A stretch of 20,489 nt of DNA from an uncultured Deinococcaceae bacterium (GTDB lineage: Bacteria; Deinococcota; Deinococci; Deinococcales; Deinococcaceae). This document shows, one piece after another, positions 1 through 6,119 of this stretch. Under the pieces are notes generated by a model. That model made no database searches. It saw only the letters and a list, made by a program, of their open reading frames with translations, and was not told where the DNA came from. The translations under genes and the position numbers were made by a program. How positions within the stretch are numbered: position 1 is the first letter of the stretch; every line of letters begins with the position of its first letter. Location: NCBI GenBank assembly GCA_964252075.1, contig CAXULY010000067.1:1-20489 (forward strand), written 5' to 3'.

Positions 1-137
1 GGCGTGTCGGCGTTCACGCGCAGCTTGTCGTTCGCGTCGGTGAACATCGTGACGCTCACCCCGCCCGCGGAGACGGTGTCGTGCGCGAGGGCGGAACCGC
101 CCACGAGCAGGGCCAGGGCCAACAGGAGGGGTTTCAT
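1..137 (-). CDS. Secreted hypothetical protein, N-terminal part only (runs off the window)
   Basis: ATG at 137 overlaps the peroxidase TGA (ATGA). Reads MKPLLLALALLVGGSALA-HDTVSAGGVSVTMFTDANDKLRVNADT: Sec signal peptide with ALA cleavage site followed directly by His. Confidence 0.75.
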   Translation of the reverse strand, partial: MKPLLLALALLVGGSALAHDTVSAGGVSVTMFTDANDKLRVNADT

Positions 138-1117
138 CGGTGGACCTCCACAGGGGCTTGGAAGGCGGGGTTCTTCGCGGCGGTGAAGTCACTGAGGCCC
201 TGCAGGAACGCCACCAGGTCGCTCACCTCACGATCGCTCAGGCCCAGGGGGCGGATGAGGGGATCGGCGTTGGGGTTCGGCTCGCCGCCCCGGTTGTACG
301 CCTCCACCACCGCCCGCAGCGTCTTGACGCTGCCGTCATGCAGGTAGGGGGATGTCAGCGCCACGTTGCGCAGGCTGGGCGTGATGAACTTCCCGACGTC
401 CGCGTCCTTGCTGGTGAGCACCGCCACCCCCGCGTCGGCGTTGAACAGCTGCAGGGCGTCGTTGTGCGGCCGCCCATCGGTGAAGTCCCGCCCGGTGTGG
501 CAATGGAAGCATTCGGCCTTGCCGAAAAACAGGTCCTGGCCGCGCACCTGCGCGGGCGTGAAGGCCGACGCGTCGCCCGCCTGGTAGCGGTCGTAGGCGC
601 TGGCGTAACTCACCAGCGTGCGCTGGAAGGCCGCGAGCGCCCGCACGGTGTTCTGCACGGTGGGGGGCGACCCAAACACCTGCTGGAACGCCGCGGCGTA
701 CGTGGCGTCGCTGTTCAGGCGGTCCCGAAGGTCCGCTTCGGTCAGGTCGAGTTCGTTGTGATCCAGCAGCGGAATCATCGCCTGCGTCTCCAGGTGAGGC
801 GAGGCGCCGTTCCAGGTGAGGGCCTTGCGGTAGGCCACGTTCAGCAGGCTGATGGCGTTGCGGGTGCCCAGCCGCCCCGCCACGCCCGGCGTGATGGGGT
901 CGGGCGTGGAGAAGGCGCGCTTCGGGTCGTGGCACGACGCGCAGGACACGGTGCGGTCGCGGCTGAGGATGGGGTCGAAGAACAGCTGGCGGCCCAGCGC
1001 GACCTTCTCGGGCGTCTGTGGGTTGTCGGTGGGGGTCGGGACGGGCGGGGCGGCCAGCAGGGTGGCGGCCACCCCGGCGCCGCCGAGGGTCAGGAACAAC
1101 AGAGGCAGGTGTCTCAT
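134..1117 (-). CDS. mbnH: Diheme cytochrome c peroxidase, MbnH/MauG family
   Basis: Two heme motifs (CASCH, CFHCH); LGRQLFFDPILS, TPSLRNVALTSPYLHDGS, VVEAYNRGG; LTWNG Trp; signal peptide; next to an MbnP gene. Start is ATG 1117 or GTG 1135. Confidence 0.85.
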   Translation of the reverse strand: MRHLPLLFLTLGGAGVAATLLAAPPVPTPTDNPQTPEKVALGRQLFFDPILSRDRTVSCASCHDPKRAFSTPDPITPGVAGRLGTRNAISLLNVAYRKALTWNGASPHLETQAMIPLLDHNELDLTEADLRDRLNSDATYAAAFQQVFGSPPTVQNTVRALAAFQRTLVSYASAYDRYQAGDASAFTPAQVRGQDLFFGKAECFHCHTGRDFTDGRPHNDALQLFNADAGVAVLTSKDADVGKFITPSLRNVALTSPYLHDGSVKTLRAVVEAYNRGGEPNPNADPLIRPLGLSDREVSDLVAFLQGLSDFTAAKNPAFQAPVEVHR

Positions 1118-1151
1118 GGGTGGGGGCGGGCGCACCGGCCCGCCCGCTCCT

Positions 1152-1877
1152 TCACTTCTGCAGGCTGAAGGCCTGTTGCAGGTTCAGGTACAGCTGGTCC
1201 GCCACGGGCCCGCCGTGCACCTGCTGGTAGGTGGCGCTGCTCAGGTCGAAGGGCGCGCCACTCACCCCTTTGGCCATCATCTGCGCGAGGTCCGCCGCGA
1301 CCTTCACGGTCGCGCCCGCAGCGTCCACGGTCATGATCGTGTCGGGCTTCTCCAGGTCCGCCAGGTTCACCGTCAGGCGGCGCTGGTCCTCACCCATGTG
1401 CAGGGCGACATCGACCTTCTGGCTGTTCATGGTGGCCGTGCCCTCGAAGCGGGAGAAGATGTAGCCGGGGTTCCACGCCCAGAACATGCCGCTGTCCACC
1501 CCGAGCGGGGCGGTCTGAGCGCTGGCGTCCTGGTGGTTCAGGTCGCGCGGCAGGCCCACGTCGAAGCGCAGGCCGCGGTAGGTCCCCTCGGGCACGTCGC
1601 CCGCGAAGACCTGGACGTTCTGGGTGGACTGGCCGGGCTCGAAGTCGGCCAGCACCACGCCGGGGACGGGCACTTCCATGCCGTCCGGCTTGACCAGCGC
1701 GAAGTGGCTGAGGTACACGCGCCAGAAGTTGACGGTGAGGTCCTGACCGGCGCCGGACTGCAGGGGCTGATCAAAGGCGAAGGGCTGCGCGCCGTTCATG
1801 AGGGTGAACTGCACGGTGAGGGGCGCGGCGAGGGCCGAGGACAGGCCCAGGGTGAGGGACAGCATGAGGGTGCGCAT
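1152..1877 (-). CDS. mbnP: MbnP-family copper-binding periplasmic protein
   Basis: Signal peptide; GTYRGLRFDVGLP..LNH and GMFWAWNPGYIFSRFEG (WxW motif); GGAG SD upstream of ATG 1877. Confidence 0.85.
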   Translation of the reverse strand: MRTLMLSLTLGLSSALAAPLTVQFTLMNGAQPFAFDQPLQSGAGQDLTVNFWRVYLSHFALVKPDGMEVPVPGVVLADFEPGQSTQNVQVFAGDVPEGTYRGLRFDVGLPRDLNHQDASAQTAPLGVDSGMFWAWNPGYIFSRFEGTATMNSQKVDVALHMGEDQRRLTVNLADLEKPDTIMTVDAAGATVKVAADLAQMMAKGVSGAPFDLSSATYQQVHGGPVADQLYLNLQQAFSLQK

Positions 1878-1884
1878 GGTGCAT

Positions 1885-1961
1885 CTCCAGGTGGGGTGAC
1901 GGGGCGGCGTGACGCGGCCCGCTGGGCCGCGCGTCACGAGGGGGCCTCAGGTCACCTGGAG
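1885..1961 (-). promoter_or_regulatory. SD-sequestering mRNA structure between the DUF2946 leader and mbnP
   Basis: Perfect 9-bp inverted repeat ctccaggtg (1885-1893) / cacctggag (1953-1961), enclosing a GC-rich inner stem (1908-1920 with 1924-1938). One arm contains the mbnP GGAG. Confidence 0.65.
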
Positions 1962-2429
1962 GGGCGGCGCGCGCGCCCGGGGGCGGTCCACGTGGCCGTG
2001 CCCGGCGCGCACGGCGGGCCGCTCGGGGATGGCAGGCGCGGCGCGGCTGAGTGAGGGCAGCGCCACCGGCGGCGCCTCCAGGGCGAAGGCGGCGGTGAAG
2101 CAGAACGGACAGTGCGCGTCGTGGTCGTGCGGGGCGGGCGGCGCGTTCGGGCCGTGCTGGTGCACGTCGACAGGCGGCGCCGGAGGGTCCGGGGGCATGG
2201 CCATGCCGGACATGGCCATGCGCATCGCGTGCGCGACCGGTGGTCGGGCGGGCAGGGCGTGCACGCCCGTGGTCACTTCCGGCAGCGTGCGGACCATGGG
2301 CAGGCCGCTCGGCATGGCGGGGTCCCGCTCGCGCTCGAGGTATGCCAGGGACGCCACGAGGACCAGCAGCACCTGCAGCCACCGCCAGGGACGGGACCGC
2401 GGCGCGTGGGTCTGACGGGACCGGGCCAT
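1947..2429 (-). CDS. DUF2946-like (CruR/CutF-type) copper-responsive leader protein
   Basis: N-terminal hydrophobic segment (WLQVLLVLVASLAYL), Met/His-rich linker, HDHDAHCPFC (CxxC), C-terminal PRARAPP-LQVT*. TAGGCT -10-like box at 2443-2438, 8 nt before ATG 2429. Confidence 0.75.
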   Translation of the reverse strand: MARSRQTHAPRSRPWRWLQVLLVLVASLAYLERERDPAMPSGLPMVRTLPEVTTGVHALPARPPVAHAMRMAMSGMAMPPDPPAPPVDVHQHGPNAPPAPHDHDAHCPFCFTAAFALEAPPVALPSLSRAAPAIPERPAVRAGHGHVDRPRARAPPLQVT

Positions 2430-2755
2430 GTGCCCCCAGCCTACCGGGTCCGGCCGGGATGTTCGACCCACCGGCGTGCGCTCCTCGTGTGATGGGGTGA
2501 GCGTCAGCTCCAAGGGGTGTTCACACCCCGGACGGCATGATCGAGGTGAAGGTTTCACGGGCGCTCACCAGGACACCGATGCGCCCAAGGGGCGCACCGC
2601 GGCGGCAGGACGCCATGAGCCGGGCGGCGCGCTGGGGCCGCGACAGCCTGTGGATGAACAGGTCGAGACGTACGCTGGGCCGCGTGCGAGCGGCCGCTGG
2701 GCGGTCACCTCGCCGTCCTGCCTGGTCCACAGCCGTCATCATGGAGGGACCGCTG

Positions 2756-3193
2756 ATGCCCAGAGTCTCATCCGAGCTGCTTGCCCTGGTCCTCCTGGCG
2801 ACGCGCCTCGCTCGCCAGATGCAGCCACACCTTGACGGGCCCCTCACATCCGCGACGGGCCTCAGCCTCACCGGCTGGCTGGTGCTGACCGCCGTGCGGG
2901 ACACCACCGCATATGGCAGCCGCATCGCCGAGCACCAGCGGCTGTCCGCCCCCACGGTGACGCGGCACGTGCAGCGCCTCATTCAGCAGGGCCTGGTGCG
3001 GCGAAGCACGGACGCCACGGACCTGCGCTGGTCGCGGTTGCGCGTCACCACCCAGGGCTGGGCGCTGTGCCGGGAAGCGGACCTCGAGGTGGAGGGCGCG
3101 CTCCAGCGGATGTTCCACGCATTGCCTCAGGAGGCGCTGCGCGCGGCGCTCGCCGCGCTGGATGGGCTGGAACGCGGCGATGGTCGACTGTGA
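2756..3193 (+). CDS. MarR-family winged-helix transcriptional regulator
   Basis: GLSLTGWLVL, IAEHQRLSAPTVTRHVQRLIQQGLVRR, DLRWSRLRVTTQG; GGAGG upstream of ATG 2756 (alternative ATG 2741). Confidence 0.85.
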   Translation: MPRVSSELLALVLLATRLARQMQPHLDGPLTSATGLSLTGWLVLTAVRDTTAYGSRIAEHQRLSAPTVTRHVQRLIQQGLVRRSTDATDLRWSRLRVTTQGWALCREADLEVEGALQRMFHALPQEALRAALAALDGLERGDGRL

Positions 3194-3451
3194 TCCACCC
3201 CGGCTTGAAGGACAACCGCGGAGACCGACGCATGACTCGCGGGTTCACCGGCATCAGGTTGGGGCGGGATGACACCACGCCAGGTCACGAGGTCGGGGCG
3301 TGCCTGCGTCAGAGTTGCGGGGTCGCCGTGGTGCGCTTCCACCACTTTGATCGCGCGTTGGACCATGGTCACGCGTTCGTCCCGACATCGCCGGGCGTGG
3401 CGCCCATTCTGCAGGCCGACGCTCGAACGCCACAGAAAGGCCACAGGAAGC

Positions 3452-3625
3452 ATGGATCAGCGCTTGGTGTTCACCGTGGCGCTGCACGAGTGGACGGAGG
3501 ACGGCGACGTCGACCGCATGGACGAGGGCTTTCGGCAGTCCCTGAAGGTTCTCCAGCGGCTTGCGCGTCAGGGCTGGACGCCGGTGATCCCTGCAACTTT
3601 CGCGCGGGCGCCGGGCAGGCGCTGA
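3452..3625 (+). CDS. Small hypothetical protein (57 aa)
   Basis: AGGAAG before ATG 3452; MDQRLVFTVALHEWTEDG...; GC3-rich codons. Confidence 0.5.
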   Translation: MDQRLVFTVALHEWTEDGDVDRMDEGFRQSLKVLQRLARQGWTPVIPATFARAPGRR

Positions 3626-3650
3626 TCGTTTCCCACCTGCGGAGGATGCA

Positions 3651-3809
3651 ATGCCGACGCTGAGCGCGGTGTTCTGGGGCTGGCTGGCCTTCAACGGCGT
3701 GCTGCTGTTCATCGGGGGCGTCGTGCGCCTGCTGCGGCCACAGCGCCCTCAGCCCGTCCGCATCTACAGCGAGGCGGAGCTCCTCGCGGAATTGGGCGTG
3801 CGCCTATGA
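3651..3809 (+). CDS. Small single-pass membrane protein (52 aa), absent from the ORF track
   Basis: GGAGG at 3641-3645; MPTLSAVFWGWLAFNGVLLFIGGVVRLLRPQRPQPVRIYSEAELLAELGVRL*; stop overlaps the next ATG (ATGA). Confidence 0.65.
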   Translation: MPTLSAVFWGWLAFNGVLLFIGGVVRLLRPQRPQPVRIYSEAELLAELGVRL

Positions 3810-4153
3810 CGACTGAAACCACGCGGCCGCTCGACCTCGCCGCCCTGATTGACCAGCTGCGGGACCTCACAGCGGTCGCCATCGACGAGGAGGCGCGCTG
3901 GATGCCGGACCTCCCGCCAGACGGCCACGAGGTGGACCTGCCTGCGCCCCTGCCCCTGATGCTGGAGGCGCTGCGCGCGCTGGAGGCGTAGCGGGCCGAG
4001 CGGCGCCGCGTCGCGCTGGTCCTGGAGGCGCTCGACGCGGAGGCATTCCAGACCGAGGCAGCGGGCTGCGTGCGCCGCGCGCTCGCGGACGTCGACGATC
4101 CGGGCAGCCTGGCGGCCGCCCTGCAGGAGGAGGCGCGGGCCGCGGGGCGCTGA
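3806..4153 (+). pseudogene. Hypothetical helical protein with internal TAG at 3989-3991
   Basis: After TAG the same frame continues with coding-like codons (RAERRRVALVLEALDAEAFQTEAAGCVRRALADVDDPGSLAAALQEEARAAGR) to TGA 4151-4153. Confidence 0.6.
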
Positions 4154-4227
4154 CCGTGGCGCGCATCAAGCTGTGGGTCGAATACGGGAGGCAGCAGGGG
4201 ATACATGTGCATGCTTACTCTGGTACA

Positions 4228-4273
4228 GCAATCAGCGAGCTGGGCGTTGAATAACGCCCAGCTCGCTGATTGC
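4228..4273. terminator. Perfect 21-bp hairpin, probable terminator between convergent genes
   Basis: gcaatcagcgagctgggcgtt-gaat-aacgcccagctcgctgattgc; no strong U-tract. Confidence 0.6.
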
Positions 4274-4345
4274 ACAGACAGTGGAGACAGTTTTGGGGTA
4301 CAACAACGACCTTTTACAGGTCACTCGGATGTTGCTTGAGCCGTG

Positions 4346-4736
4346 TTACAGGCGCGCGAAAAGTTTCATCCTTTTGTCCATGTAGTTGATCTCCTGTCTT
4401 GATTCTTCCTCTGGTCTTGTGAGGTAGAACGCCGCTTCGGCAAGTATATAATGCGATTCGCCTCCCTCTGCAATTCTAAATACTTTTCTTCCATGGTGTT
4501 TTATCTCCTCCACAATACTATTGGGAAACGAATCCAATGGCGCATCTACAGCTTCCAGGTTGAGTCTTTCAAGCGTCATCGGTAATGATATAATATGTTC
4601 CCCTAAATATAACTATGTTTCTACCCGAATCAGATCTGAGTGAGAATAATTTGAATGAGGTTAAATATTCTTTCACAACAAACCCTTCATTATTGATAAG
4701 CATGCCGTGATCTAGTAAAAACTCCTCAAAATTCAC
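4346..4736 (-). pseudogene. AT-rich hypothetical (~130 aa) split by a frameshift near 4590
   Basis: GTG 4736 with AAGGAAAGG SD reads MNFEEFLLDHGMLINNEGFVVKEYLTSFKLFSLRSDSGRNIVIFRGTYYI, then another frame continues SLPMTLERLNLEAV...FARL* (ORF 4346-4579). Confidence 0.55.
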
Positions 4737-4765
4737 AGCGGCGCACCTTTCCTTCGTAATAAAAT

Positions 4766-4774
4766 ATTATAGCA
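4766..4774 (-). promoter_or_regulatory. Extended -10 promoter (TGcTATAAT) for the insert gene
   Basis: Minus-strand TGCTATAAT about 30 nt upstream of GTG 4736. Confidence 0.55.
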
Positions 4775-5043
4775 ATAAGCTGTTTATTTCTAGATATGTA
4801 TTACAGCTCCCACGAGGTAACAGCTTCAAATTCATCATACAACTGCACGCGCGGCGTGGGCGGCCGCTCGCGCGCATCGACATCGAAAACACCCGACGCG
4901 GCACCGCGGACGTCGGGCATGATGAGGCGAAGCTCACCCCGTTCGACGCCAGCCTGGAGTCGCACGCCGCCAGCCGCTTCACCTTCACGCACATCCGCGC
5001 CGAGAGCGTGTTCCGCCTGCTCGCGCGCCCTGAAAGGACACCG

Positions 5044-5622
5044 ATGAAAAAGATCCAGAGCCTGTTCCAGCGCAACTACGAAGGCGATCGCCTGGTGCGC
5101 GACGAGGTCGTGCCGGGCAGCGAGTGGGTGCTCGCCGGGGAGGGCGTCGCCACGCAGAAGTTCGACGGCACCAGCTGCATGGTGCGGGAAGGGCGCCTGT
5201 ACAAGCGCTTCGACTGCCGCGACCTCCAGAACCCCCGCCCGGACTTCATCCCCGCGCAGGAGCCGGACAAAACCACAGGCCACTGGCCCGGGTGGGTGCC
5301 GGTGAACCCCAGCGACCCTGCCGATCGGTACCACGTCGAGGCGTGGGAGCGCGCGGGCGGCCAGCTGCCGGACGGCACGTACGAGCTGGTCGGGCCGAAG
5401 GTGCAGGGCGGCGTGGAGGCCTGGGCGACCGAGCACGTGCTGGTGCCGCACGGCGGGAAGGTCCTGGAGGATGTGCCGCGGGACTTCGAGGGCCTGCGGG
5501 CGTACCTGCTGGCGACGCCGCACATGGAGGGCATCGTGTGGCACCACCCGGACGGCCGGATGGTCAAGCTCAAGCGCAAGGACTTCACGGGCACCGTGCG
5601 GGGCGTGAAGCGTAGCCGGTGA
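5044..5622 (+). CDS. ATP-dependent RNA ligase-like nucleotidyltransferase (DUF5565/RLIG1-like)
   Basis: MKKIQSLFQR start; motif I ATQKFDGTSC; GHWPGWVPV; DGTYELVGPKVQG; EGIVWHHPDGRMVKLKRKDF; GAAAGGA SD before ATG 5044. Confidence 0.75.
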   Translation: MKKIQSLFQRNYEGDRLVRDEVVPGSEWVLAGEGVATQKFDGTSCMVREGRLYKRFDCRDLQNPRPDFIPAQEPDKTTGHWPGWVPVNPSDPADRYHVEAWERAGGQLPDGTYELVGPKVQGGVEAWATEHVLVPHGGKVLEDVPRDFEGLRAYLLATPHMEGIVWHHPDGRMVKLKRKDFTGTVRGVKRSR

Positions 5623-5632
5623 GGGGCCGCGC

Positions 5633-5896
5633 GGCCTGGTCGTCGAGGGCCCCACCACAGAGCCGGGCGGGCGGCAGGTGTGGGTGGTGCGGACGAACGG
5701 GCGGCTGGACTGGCTGGTGGGCCTCGCGCGGCGCGCCAGCATCGGCCCACGCCATTACGAACGCCCGGTGATCGTGGGGCGCGCGCTGGTCAGTGGCGGG
5801 TGCTTCACCCTGACGCACAACCTGCTCGAGCGCCTGCAGGAACGCCACCAGCAGGAGGAGGCGCGAGCGGGTGCCCGCCACCCGACCGGCACCTGA
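5633..5896 (+). pseudogene. Hypothetical gene or remnant; start uncertain
   Basis: Coding-like frame GLVVEGPTTEPGGRQVWVVRTNGRLDW...GT*; the GTG at 5619 overlapping the ligase stop is out of frame with it. Confidence 0.35.
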
Positions 5897-6119
5897 TGCC
5901 CTGGCGGGCGTACGCTGCGCCGGTGGAGCCCCTGCCACCCCCGCGGGCGTACCGCTGGATTCGCGTGGGCGAGGACGACCGCTCCAGCGCGCGGCCCGGG
6001 CGGGGCCTCGACGAGCGGCGCGGGGCGCGGCTCTGTCCTGACCATTGCGCGGCTCAATCGTGGCTGATGGCCTGGCGGAATTCGTCCCTGACCGAACGTT
6101 GCCGCACGGGTGGACCGCT

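Larger units (their letters stand above)
4201..4845. mobile_element. AT-rich foreign insert
   Basis: Abrupt drop in GC versus flanks; imperfect 14-nt direct repeats at the edges (4201-4214, 4837-4850); GC-rich ORF fragments break at both junctions. Confidence 0.6.

Noticed and set aside
140..2054. Plus-strand ORFs 140-1168 and 852-2054
   Set aside because: Antisense to mbnH/mbnP; high-GC artefacts.
134..2429. Methanobactin biosynthetic cluster
   Set aside because: No MbnA precursor or MbnB/C in the window.
4201..4345. Retron msr-msd or CRISPR interpretation of the hairpin
   Set aside because: No reverse transcriptase or cas gene; single hairpin with no repeat-spacer periodicity.
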